A stretch of 35,615 nt of DNA from Sulfurimonadaceae bacterium (lineage in GTDB: Bacteria > Campylobacterota > Campylobacteria > Campylobacterales > Sulfurimonadaceae). Each line of letters begins with the position of its first letter. Within the stretch, counting starts at the first letter, position 1. Of the stretch, positions 26,614 through 35,615 are shown one piece after another. The notes under the pieces were generated by a model. It ran no database searches. It was not told the origin of the DNA and saw nothing but the letters and a program-made list of their open reading frames with translations. A program made the position numbers and the translations under genes. The DNA lies in assembly GCA_041562275.1 (NCBI GenBank), contig JBFEYG010000001.1, positions 1 to 35,615 of the forward strand, in the 5' to 3' direction.

Positions 26614-27219
26614 CTACGCCCGAGAGTTCTTATTGGTGCTGTTGATCAGAGCGGTGATCTCATCTTTTTTCACAAAATCCGCACCCATCGAGATGATGAA
26701 CTTCGATGCCTCCTCCAAAGTAAGACTTGTCTTAAGCATCTTCTCGTCTTTGACTATGACGGTATAGCCGCTTGTTGGATTGGGAGAAGTCGGAACAAAA
26801 AGTACATTGACCCCATTATGCTTGTTCAGCACATAAGCCGGGACCCATGTATCGTCTTTAGGGTACTCGATCAGAACGACTTCTTTTGTACCGTTTGCAT
26901 CGTTTCCTGAAAACATATCCGCCAATATCTTCATCATCCCATAGACAGAACGGATGGCAGGGATCTTCTCAAATGTCCTGTCGATGATAGAGACGATCCA
27001 GGACTTTCCATATTTTTCTATAGAATAACCCAGTATAATAAAAAGAAGCAGGCCCACAATGATGAGTATACCCGTGACTTCATTTGAATTGGTGACATCG
27101 CTGATCTTAAAAAAGGCAGCAACGCCCAGGTCTTTCATCATATTGACCAGTACGATCACCAAAGTGAGCGGCATAAGAGAGAGTGCACCAACAAACAGGT
27201 AGCGCAGAATTTTTTTCAT
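26614..27219 (-). CDS. DUF502 family membrane protein
   Basis: 201 aa with two N-terminal TM helices. Family-typical motifs IPAIRSVY, FVPTSPNPTSGY and LTLEEASKFIISMG. Confidence 0.8.
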   Translation of the reverse strand: MKKILRYLFVGALSLMPLTLVIVLVNMMKDLGVAAFFKISDVTNSNEVTGILIIVGLLLFIILGYSIEKYGKSWIVSIIDRTFEKIPAIRSVYGMMKILADMFSGNDANGTKEVVLIEYPKDDTWVPAYVLNKHNGVNVLFVPTSPNPTSGYTVIVKDEKMLKTSLTLEEASKFIISMGADFVKKDEITALINSTNKNSRA

Positions 27220-27340
27220 TATTATTAATTTCCTTGTGTTATACTAAATTCCCGCCAACCCGGTATGCTTAAGCAGACTGGATTAGTAAGATCTGGTATT
27301 ATAATAATTATAATTCAATTTATCTAATAAGAGGTTAATA

Positions 27341-27775
27341 ATGAGTGAATTCACACACATCGTATGCCCGCATTGTGACGGGACAAACCGGATTCCGGCA
27401 GGAACCGTTCCCAAAGAAGCGAAGTGCGGCCGCTGTAAACAATCCATTCTGGACACTAAACCCATAGAACTCTCCCCACAGAACATCCAGCAGCACCTTG
27501 AAAAAAACGGCATTCCTGTCATCATAGATTTCTGGGCACCCTGGTGCGGTCCGTGTAAGATCATGGGGCCTAATTTCGAACAAGCCTCCCAGAGGTTCAG
27601 AGGAAAAGTCCGTTTTGCCAAGGTCAACACCGAAGAACAGCAAAGTCTGGGAGGACGTTTCAACATACGCTCCATCCCCACCCTTATACTTTTTAAAGAA
27701 GGCAAAGAGATCGACAGAGTCTCCGGAGCTTTGGATACGAACCAGCTTATATCCTGGTTGCAATCAAGGCTATAG
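27341..27775 (+). CDS. trxC: Thioredoxin 2 (zinc-finger thioredoxin)
   Basis: N-terminal CPHC-x16-CGRC zinc finger followed by a thioredoxin fold with the WAPWCGPCK active site. Two longer antisense ORFs on the minus strand are rejected. Confidence 0.92.
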   Translation: MSEFTHIVCPHCDGTNRIPAGTVPKEAKCGRCKQSILDTKPIELSPQNIQQHLEKNGIPVIIDFWAPWCGPCKIMGPNFEQASQRFRGKVRFAKVNTEEQQSLGGRFNIRSIPTLILFKEGKEIDRVSGALDTNQLISWLQSRL

Positions 27776-27901
27776 GCCTGGTGCCATTTTCCACTGTATT
27801 TGAGGAACTTATACCAATAATTTACATAATATCATTTTTTGTTATCCAAGTCTAATGTTTTTAGTGTAGAATAAACACACGAAAAAACGGAGTCTTGACC
27901 T

Positions 27902-30900
27902 ATGCCTTTGAAGAACCCCTACGTCATCGTCGAGACTTTGTATGAGAACACTTCGACACTGGTCCAAAGGGCAAAAAACACGAATGACTCCAAAAGTGTC
28001 ATTCTCAAGACATTCAAACCTTCTCAATCAGCCCTCAAAGCGTTCTTTAACGAACGCAAGGTGCTTTCTACCCTGCATTTGGAACATATACCAAGACTTA
28101 TAGACAGCGCCTCTTTTGCCTCTGATAATGTCAATGTCTTGGAGGATATTGGCGGGGATTCCCTGTTTAACATACTTTCGCGGGGCAGACTGGGCTTCAC
28201 CTCTTCACTTGAGATTGCCTTGCGTCTGGCCGAAACTGTCCGTCTTATCCACGAAAACGATTTTCTTCACGCCGCTATCAGCCCGCATAATATCATCTAC
28301 AATATCCAGACCAAGGCCCTCGAGCTTGTCAACTTTACAAAAGCACAAAGACTCTCAAAAGTCTCTTTCTCCAAAAAGAGTGAACACCTTTCTTTAGAAA
28401 ACATGCTCTATACCGCACCGGAACTGACCGGGTTGACAAAACAATACAAGCCTGACCTCCGAAGTGATCTTTTCAGTCTAGGCATGAGCCTCTATCATCT
28501 GTTTTTAGGCAGGTCACCCTTTGGCGCAAGCGACAGATATGAACTGACACACAAACTCATCGCTTACACTCCGAAACCTTTAGATGAACTTGATCCCAGT
28601 ATCCCGCCTGTTCTCTCGCGTATCATTCAAAAGCTTATACAAAAAAGACCTGAAGCCCGCTACCAGACGGATGAAGCTCTGCTCTATGATCTGGACAAAT
28701 GTCTCCGCAGTGTCAATAAAAAAGAGCTGATCCCCGACTTTAAGATCGCGACACACGATCCGAAAGAGCTCAAGATAGGCCAAGAGCTTTTCGGAAGAGA
28801 CAAAGAGCTTTCTCTGTTGAAAAAAAGAGTCGAAAAAAACTCTGGCACCGATTCTTGCACGCTGCTTGTCTCAGGTTCTTCCGGTGTAGGTAAGACGCGT
28901 CTTATCGAAGAGTTCTTCACCCTCTTTGACCCGGATCATACCCTCATTCTAAGAGCAAAGTTCGACCCCTACCAACAACCTGTGCCTTATGCCAGTTTCA
29001 AACAGCTTTTCATGCAGATACGAACATACTTTTTAAGTCAGCAAAAACCTGCTAACCGCACAAAGATATCCAGGAACAGCGCGGCAATCTTGAGTTTTGT
29101 CTTTCCTGAACTCAGCGGGATGCTTGAATGTGACAACAAGAATATCACACCTGCTTTGGCTGATATGAACGTCCAGCTCCCCTTGGCAGTCAAAGAGTTC
29201 TTCAAGTGTCTGGCCTTCGAAGACGCCTCACTGCTCATCTTTTTCGATGACTTGCAATGGGCCGATCCGGCATCCGTGACCTTGCTTAAAAACTCCATTT
29301 TAGATATGCAGAACCCCTACCTCCATTTTGTGGGAAGTTTCCGAGATACAGAGATCGAAGAAAATAAAACCGCAGCAAAGCTCATAAACGTCCTGGAAAC
29401 ATCTGTAGAAGATATTGTCAGTATCAAGCTTTCTCCTCTTAAAGAAAGTGATGTCAAAAAGATGCTGAAATCACTTCTTGCAGATACAACAAAAAACTTT
29501 TCAGATTTTGTCTCTGTCGTCTACAGACGTACTGAGGGAAACCCTTTCTTTCTCAAGGCTTTCCTGCAACACCTGATCGATGAAAAAGATCTATACCTTG
29601 AAGATGGCAGGTGGACATACTTACTGGAAAAGATCAAGACCTATGGCACGACTGTCAATATTGCCAAGATCATAACGACAAAGTTCTACCGACTGAACAA
29701 GCGCGAACAGTCATGTCTTCAATATTTTGCCTTACTCGGGAACAATTTCGAGATCGCCTTTTCTCTTCAGATATTGTCATCTTTTGGCTATGAAAAAGAG
29801 CATATACGCAGCATAATGGAAAAAGGGTTTATAGATCAGGTAATGGGAAAATACCAATTCGCACATGATCAGATACAGAGCTATGTCTATGCTTCGATCG
29901 ATGACGCGGCAAAACGAAAGATCCATCTGAAGATCGGAAAATATTTACATGGCGCCTATCAAAACGGAAACTACTTCGACATCATCACCATCGTCAATCA
30001 CCTCAACAGCGCTTACACGAACGACAGACTCCCTGCGCGTCTTTTCAGACTTAACGTACAAGCACTTGAAGAGATCATGAACAACAATGATCATATGCTG
30101 GCGCTAAAGCAGGCTGATTGGATCAAGACCAACCTTTATCATGATCAGCTATGGGAAAGAGAGCGTTCAACGGTATTCAGGTTTGCAAAACTCGAGTGTC
30201 GGACATTCTATCTCAATGCCATGCATGACAAGGCTTTTAAGCAGGTCGATGAACTGATAAAACGCGTCAAAAACATCAATGAAAAGATCGACTCTTTTTC
30301 TCTTTTGAAAGACATCTGTGTGACCAGCGGCAAACATTTTAAACAGCTGCAGGAGTTTGGCGATACGATTTTCAACGAACTCGGCCTGAGCGTGCCTGCA
30401 AACAGAAAAGCGCTCGAGACATCATTAGAAAAACTCGATAATGCCATCCACACGAATCCGCAGGCTTCTTCAGTAAAAGATATCGTCAACCTTCCTGTGC
30501 TTAAAACGCCTAAAAGACATCGTATCGCTTCGCTTTTAGTGGACTATTGGGAAGCCGCTTATTATCTTGCTGATATCGCTCTTATGAAATGGGCCTACCT
30601 CAATATCGTAGACACCTCATTTAAGTACGGAAACTCCAGCGCATCATGTTTTGGATACGTACTTTACGGAGCGCAGCTTGCGTCACAAAAAGAGTTTAAG
30701 CGATCCGCTGAATTCGGTAAAGCCGCTTTACAGTTGAACTATGTTTTCAATGACAAGAAGATGCTTCCAAAGGTCCATAACTTTGTCGCAAACTTTATCA
30801 ACCCCTACACAAAACCACTCTCGACCAATGTAAACCTGTATCAAAAAAGCCTCTACCAAAGTAAGATCAATGCCGATATCATCTTTGGGACCTGGGCCAA

Positions 30901-33676
30901 CTTCCTCATGCACCTGAGCAGTTTTTTATCCGGGACAAACCTGGATGAACTACACGAAAACATCACCCAGGAGAGTCACTTTATAAAGAACTCCGGGGAC
31001 GCAAAGATGATCGCTATCTTCGATCTTCTGGTAGAGAGACTAGACACACTGCAGGGTACCTCTTCTACTGATACCCAGACAGAGACCAAGGCGCTTGCAC
31101 TTTGGAAAGAAGAGAAGTTTTATCCGGCCTTGGCATGGCACGCCATTATGAAGGCACAGGAGGCACTTCTTAACGGCAATTATGAGCAGGGGCTAAGCTA
31201 CCTTCAGCGCTATGTCGCCACAACGGCCAATGAAGTCATCATGTTTCCCAAAATACGCCTGCATTTTGTACGTGCCCTGCTTCTTTTGGGCAAGAACTCT
31301 GCTTTGAGTCAAGAAGAAGAAAAGCTTTTAGCGGAAGACCTTCAGGAGTATGCTGCATACTCCCGGGCTTCTTCGGCGACTTTCAAGTTTGAAAGACTTC
31401 TGCTTAAGGCCGAGACGACAAAGAACAGCGACTCGTATTGGGATGCCGGCAAAAACTATGATGCCTGCCTGCAGCAAGCCCGACATCTTAGAAACGACTT
31501 CTACCTCGCTCTCGCTGCTTTATCTGCGGGACGTTTCTTTAAAAAGATCGGATTCAATGACATAGCAAACTCCTATTTTCAGAAGGCTTCGATCAGTCTT
31601 GAGCAATGGGGGGCTTCTGCTCTTTCAAAACAGATCGAAGAGAGTATTTCCACGAATAAAAACAGCCGGAAATCTACAGAAAACAATTTTCTTGTATCTG
31701 CAGAGACAGATACATTGCCTGCCAACTTTCAAAGTCTGCTTAAGTCTTTTTATGCCATCTCTCAGGCTCAGGACAATAACGAACTTATCCATGTCTTGAT
31801 GCGTATCATCCTTGAAAATGCGACGGCCAGTAAAGCTGTCCTTATCCTGAAAAAAGATGAGGGGTTCAGTGTCAAGGCCGATATCGACTTTGCTACAGGA
31901 AAGATAGAACTTTACAAAAAGCCCCTGCAGGAGACAACGAACCTTCCACAGAGTGTTCTCTCTTATGCCATCAACACGGCAAAACAGCTGAGCTTGACAA
32001 ACCCTTATAAAGACGTAAACTTCGGCTCAGATCCTTATTTTAAAAAGCACAGGCCTGCTTCTTGTCTCGTACTGCCGACTTTAATAGAAGGTTCTGTCAA
32101 AGCGCTTCTTTATCTTGAGAACAAAGAGTTGGAAACGCCGCTAAGCCCGCAGACCGTCAGAACACTTGAACTCTTGCTCACGCAAGCTTCCATCGTCTAC
32201 AAGAACACCTCCTTATATGAGACACTTAAGCACAATCAGGATAACCTCAACAAAGCACAAGAGATCGCACACATGGGAAGCTGGGAGTACAACAGTCAGA
32301 CCCAGAAAATAGTCTGGTCAGCCGAGACCTACCGGATCTACCAGCTTGAACCATTCAGTATAGCCATAGACAATGAATGGTTTTTGTCCCATCTTCACCC
32401 TGACGACACGGACTACATCGATGAAGCTGTCAAAAAAGCACTAAGCGGGGAACGGCATTATGATGTCACCCATCGCATTATCACGGCCAAGGGTGAGGTA
32501 AAGACCGTCCGTCAGCGTGCAGAAGCCTATTATGATGGGGACAAACAGATGATGTCAGGAACCATCCAGGACATCACGGAACAAAAACGCTCCGAAGACC
32601 TTATCCTTCGTCTCTCCCAACTGGTGGAACAGACCCCCTTCAGCACACTTATCACGGACACCATGGGCATCATCGAATATGCCAACAGCAAAACGGTCCA
32701 AGAGTCCGGCTATGCCAAAGAGGAACTCATTGGCCACAAGATGAACATCTTCCGCTCAAAGGTCCATAGCAAAGATTTTTATCAAAAGATGTGGAAGACC
32801 ATCAAAGAAGACAAAGGTATCTGGAGAGGTACGCTTATCAATACCATGAAAGACGGTTCATTGCGCGATTGCGAGTCGACGATCTTCCCACTTTTTGACA
32901 GCAACAATGATATTCAGAACTTTGTCACCATCCAAGAAGATGTGACACAGCGCAATATCAAAGAAAAACTTTACCTGATGCAAAGCCGACAGGCACAGAT
33001 GGGGGAGATGCTCTCGATGATCGCGCATCAATGGAGGCAGCCTCTGTCGATCATCATGGCATTGATGAACAAGGAGCGGGTGAAGGTCATGCTCGAAAAC
33101 GCAAATACGGATGACATGCTGCGTACCTATGACGATATCGAATCTCAGGTCTTACATCTCTCACAGACGATCTCCGATTTCAGAGACTTTTTCAAACCGG
33201 ACAAACAAGCAGTCCGGACGACAAGTTCGACGCTCATAAAGAAATCACTTCTGCTCCTTGAGCATCTCCTTGAAAAAAGCCATATAGAGGTCATAGCCGA
33301 CTATAGTGCAGACAGCACTCTTTTTACCTACGAAAGAGAGATCGAACAGGTCATCTTGAACCTGGTCAACAATGCCATTGATGTGCTCAAAGAATACAAT
33401 ACCAAAGTACCTGTCATACGTATCTCAAGTCATGAAGACGGAGAGAACGCGATTATTACTGTTGAAGACAATGGAAACGGTATAGATCCCAATATACTCG
33501 ATTCTCTCTTTTTGCCCTATATCTCGACAAAGCTTCAACGACACGGGACCGGCTTGGGTCTATACATGAGCAAGACCATCATTGAAGAACATTGTCACGG
33601 CAAGATAATAGCCGAAAACACAGGCCATGGTGCAAAATTCATCCTCTCAATACCACTAAAGGATCCTAATGCATGA
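27902..33676 (+). CDS. Giant multidomain sensor: degenerate Ser/Thr-kinase-like domain, AAA_16/STAND P-loop ATPase, TPR-like helical repeats, GAF, two PAS, histidine kinase (HisKA-like + HATPase_c)
   Basis: 1924 aa. The kinase-like N-domain (aa 1-270) has HAAISPHN in place of HRDLKPxN and NFT in place of DFG. Walker A is GSSGVGKT (28874-28897) and Walker B is LLIFFDD. A long helical-repeat region spans aa ~560-1250. GAF is at ~1275-1435 and PAS domains at ~1450-1560 and ~1567-1683. H-box MIAHQWRQPL (His codon 33026-33028). N/G boxes LNLVNNAID, DNGNGI and GTGLGLYMS. Confidence 0.9.
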   Translation: MPLKNPYVIVETLYENTSTLVQRAKNTNDSKSVILKTFKPSQSALKAFFNERKVLSTLHLEHIPRLIDSASFASDNVNVLEDIGGDSLFNILSRGRLGFTSSLEIALRLAETVRLIHENDFLHAAISPHNIIYNIQTKALELVNFTKAQRLSKVSFSKKSEHLSLENMLYTAPELTGLTKQYKPDLRSDLFSLGMSLYHLFLGRSPFGASDRYELTHKLIAYTPKPLDELDPSIPPVLSRIIQKLIQKRPEARYQTDEALLYDLDKCLRSVNKKELIPDFKIATHDPKELKIGQELFGRDKELSLLKKRVEKNSGTDSCTLLVSGSSGVGKTRLIEEFFTLFDPDHTLILRAKFDPYQQPVPYASFKQLFMQIRTYFLSQQKPANRTKISRNSAAILSFVFPELSGMLECDNKNITPALADMNVQLPLAVKEFFKCLAFEDASLLIFFDDLQWADPASVTLLKNSILDMQNPYLHFVGSFRDTEIEENKTAAKLINVLETSVEDIVSIKLSPLKESDVKKMLKSLLADTTKNFSDFVSVVYRRTEGNPFFLKAFLQHLIDEKDLYLEDGRWTYLLEKIKTYGTTVNIAKIITTKFYRLNKREQSCLQYFALLGNNFEIAFSLQILSSFGYEKEHIRSIMEKGFIDQVMGKYQFAHDQIQSYVYASIDDAAKRKIHLKIGKYLHGAYQNGNYFDIITIVNHLNSAYTNDRLPARLFRLNVQALEEIMNNNDHMLALKQADWIKTNLYHDQLWERERSTVFRFAKLECRTFYLNAMHDKAFKQVDELIKRVKNINEKIDSFSLLKDICVTSGKHFKQLQEFGDTIFNELGLSVPANRKALETSLEKLDNAIHTNPQASSVKDIVNLPVLKTPKRHRIASLLVDYWEAAYYLADIALMKWAYLNIVDTSFKYGNSSASCFGYVLYGAQLASQKEFKRSAEFGKAALQLNYVFNDKKMLPKVHNFVANFINPYTKPLSTNVNLYQKSLYQSKINADIIFGTWANFLMHLSSFLSGTNLDELHENITQESHFIKNSGDAKMIAIFDLLVERLDTLQGTSSTDTQTETKALALWKEEKFYPALAWHAIMKAQEALLNGNYEQGLSYLQRYVATTANEVIMFPKIRLHFVRALLLLGKNSALSQEEEKLLAEDLQEYAAYSRASSATFKFERLLLKAETTKNSDSYWDAGKNYDACLQQARHLRNDFYLALAALSAGRFFKKIGFNDIANSYFQKASISLEQWGASALSKQIEESISTNKNSRKSTENNFLVSAETDTLPANFQSLLKSFYAISQAQDNNELIHVLMRIILENATASKAVLILKKDEGFSVKADIDFATGKIELYKKPLQETTNLPQSVLSYAINTAKQLSLTNPYKDVNFGSDPYFKKHRPASCLVLPTLIEGSVKALLYLENKELETPLSPQTVRTLELLLTQASIVYKNTSLYETLKHNQDNLNKAQEIAHMGSWEYNSQTQKIVWSAETYRIYQLEPFSIAIDNEWFLSHLHPDDTDYIDEAVKKALSGERHYDVTHRIITAKGEVKTVRQRAEAYYDGDKQMMSGTIQDITEQKRSEDLILRLSQLVEQTPFSTLITDTMGIIEYANSKTVQESGYAKEELIGHKMNIFRSKVHSKDFYQKMWKTIKEDKGIWRGTLINTMKDGSLRDCESTIFPLFDSNNDIQNFVTIQEDVTQRNIKEKLYLMQSRQAQMGEMLSMIAHQWRQPLSIIMALMNKERVKVMLENANTDDMLRTYDDIESQVLHLSQTISDFRDFFKPDKQAVRTTSSTLIKKSLLLLEHLLEKSHIEVIADYSADSTLFTYEREIEQVILNLVNNAIDVLKEYNTKVPVIRISSHEDGENAIITVEDNGNGIDPNILDSLFLPYISTKLQRHGTGLGLYMSKTIIEEHCHGKIIAENTGHGAKFILSIPLKDPNA

Positions 33677-35615
33677 TTCCAATGTAATTCAAGACCTCCG
33701 TAAAGAGTGCAGACTTCTTGACCTGCTTTACGTTGAAGATGACACGACCCTTTCTACCGCTATGCTCAAGACACTCAAAGAGTTTTTCAATTCCGTCACA
33801 GTTGCCTTTGACGGAGAAGAAGGCCTGGAACTTTACAAAAAAGTAAACTTTGATATCGTCCTGACAGATATCATGATGCCTAAAATGGACGGACGTGAGA
33901 TGTCACGGCACATACGCGAGATCAGCCCCAATCAAAGTATCGTCGTCCTCTCCGCCAATGAGGATTCAACACATCTTATGGAACTCATCGAGATAGGTGT
34001 GCACAAGTTTGTGCAAAAACCGCCCAACCTCCTGCATCTTTGTGAAGCACTTCTGGCCGTCGCGATCAATATCAACTATGCTAAAAGCGCCCGTGCACTT
34101 GCCGATGAGACTCAGCACAATCTGGATGAAAGCCGCGAACTTCTAAGAAATATTATCGATACGGTCCCCGTACGGATCTTCTGGAAAGACCGTGACTCGA
34201 ACTACCTCGGATGCAACAGGCTTTTTGCGAAAGATGCCGGGCTGAACGACCAAAGCGAGCTTATAGGCAAAAAGGATTTTGATCTTCCATGGAAGAACGA
34301 AGCACAGGACTATATCGATGATGACAAGCTTGTCATGGATTCAGGCAAAGAAAAGATAAACTACGAAGAGCAGCAGACCCAAAAAGACGGCAGTGTGATA
34401 TGGCTCACGACCTCCAAGACTCCTTTAAAAGACACCAAAAACAATATTGTCGGTATCCTTGGAAGCTATGTCGATATCACCGAACAAAAAGAGGCGATGA
34501 TCGCGGTACAAAAGGCCAAAGATGCCCTGGGATATCAGGCAGAGCATGATGCGTTGACCGGACTTCCCAACCGAACACTCTACTTTGACCGCCTGCATCA
34601 GGCGATCAAAAAAGCATCACGCAACAAGAGCAAGATCGCTGTCATCTTTATTGACCTGGACCGCTTTAAAGAGATCAATGATTCATTGGGCCATGAGACA
34701 GGAGATATACTGGTCCAGCTACTGGGCAAAAGGATACAATCACAGCTAAGGCATGCGGACACACTGGCGCGTTTTGGCGGAGATGAGTTCCTGATCCTGC
34801 TGGAATCGCTTAACGATACGGATAACCTGGAAGATATCCTCAACAAGCTTATCCGCTCCATGGAGGAGCCTTTTAACATCAATGAGCATCTGCTGCACCT
34901 GACCTTAAGCGCAGGTGTCTCTATCTATCCTGATGACGGGAATGATCCCGAGACCCTCATACGCAATGCTGACACGGCGATGTACAGGGCTAAAGACGAA
35001 GGGCGCAACACCTATCAGTTCTATGCCAAAGAGATGACCCAAAAAAGCTATTCTCATATGCTGATGTCAAAGAATATCCGCCAGGCACTTGAAGACAAAG
35101 AGTTTATGGTCTATTACCAGCCTCAGATCGATGGAAGAGACAATACGCTTTTGGGTATGGAAGCCTTGATACGATGGAAAAATGCCGATGGCAAATTTGT
35201 CTCTCCCGCTGAGTTCATACCGGTTGCTGAAAGCTATGGTCTGATCGACAAGATCGGTGAGTATGTCTTTGCCGAAGCGATCACTCAGATCAAAAAATGG
35301 TATGCACAAGGCTATAAACCGGGACACATGGCGATCAATCTCTCTACCATCGAGCTTCAACAGCAGGACTTTGTAGAAAAGGTCAAGAAAAAGATGGCCT
35401 CCGTTGAGTGTAGACCTGAATGGATAGAGCTTGAGATCACAGAAGGCTATACGATGAAGCATCCCGAAACTGCGATCAAGATGCTCAACGAGATAAAGGA
35501 GCTCGGGATCAACCTTTCCATAGATGACTTTGGTACCGGTTACTCTTCGCTCTCTTATCTGCAAAGGCTTCCTGTCCATAAGCTAAAGATCGATCAGTCT
35601 TTTGTATCCGGGATA
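33673..35615 (+). CDS. Response regulator REC-PAS-GGDEF-EAL (c-di-GMP turnover), 3' end outside the window
   Basis: My own translation of frame +1 from ATG 33673 is open to the window end. It is not in the ORF track because it has no stop in the window. REC: LLYVEDD...VLTDIMMPKMDG...VQKP. PAS: VPVRIFWKDRDSNYLGCN. GGDEF with I-site: RHADTLARFGGDEF, GGDEF codons 34775-34789. EAL: GMEALIRW, ELEITE, DDFGTGYSSL. The start ATG overlaps the upstream TGA (ATGA). Confidence 0.9.

Noticed and set aside
27283-27763. Two overlapping 140-142-aa ORFs on the - strand
   Set aside because: They are antisense to trxC, which has a perfect WCGPC active site and zinc finger. The minus-strand products have no motifs.
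27776-27901. Possible promoter (TAGAAT around 27866-27871) upstream of the giant kinase gene
   Set aside because: It is a single hexamer match in A/T-rich DNA without a convincing -35 or extended -10, so it is not reported as a feature.
35067-35579. 170-aa ORF on the - strand (and 34598-34882 on the - strand)
   Set aside because: They are antisense to the GGDEF-EAL coding frame that I translated manually. The + frame carries the GGDEF, EAL and DDFGTG motifs.

Overview
This is a 35.6-kb chromosomal segment. It most likely comes from a moderate-GC member of the Campylobacterota. That assignment is an inference from the gene order tyrS-spoT-rpoZ-pyrH (as I recall it from Helicobacter pylori HP0774-HP0777), from two histidine kinases with an AHQWRQPL H-box, and from A/T-rich intergenic regions. 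I support 25 protein-coding genes, two of them cut by the window edges. I saw no rRNA, tRNA, CRISPR array, transposase or integrase. Layout: (i) 2.4-9.2 kb, minus strand: a tightly packed housekeeping operon pyrH-rpoZ-spoT-tyrS-NMO/FabK-like-cell wall amidase. (ii) 9.8-22.2 kb: nitrate assimilation genes (NirA-type nitrite/sulfite reductase, cytoplasmic molybdopterin nitrate-reductase-like enzyme, fused 4Fe-4S/DmsC-like membrane subunit, NarK transporter), interrupted by a c-di-GMP two-component pair and corA. (iii) 22.2-26.6 kb: a PP2C-phosphatase/Ser-Thr-kinase fusion, then a 270-bp nested inverted-repeat element, then a two-gene module in which both products carry a YbjN/secretion-chaperone-like segment. 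The second gene of that module is a cytoplasmic trypsin-like protease with a Zn-ribbon. (iv) 26.6-35.6 kb: a DUF502 protein, a zinc-finger thioredoxin (TrxC type), a 1924-aa pseudokinase-STAND ATPase-TPR-GAF-PAS-PAS-histidine kinase, and a translationally coupled REC-PAS-GGDEF-EAL regulator. The best candidates for something undescribed are the chaperone-like/protease pair, the structured repeat element upstream of it, the apparently quinol-linked cytoplasmic nitrate reductase, and the giant multi-sensor kinase whose Ser/Thr-kinase domain has lost its catalytic residues. All functional calls rest on motifs I could read in the translations. No database search was run.
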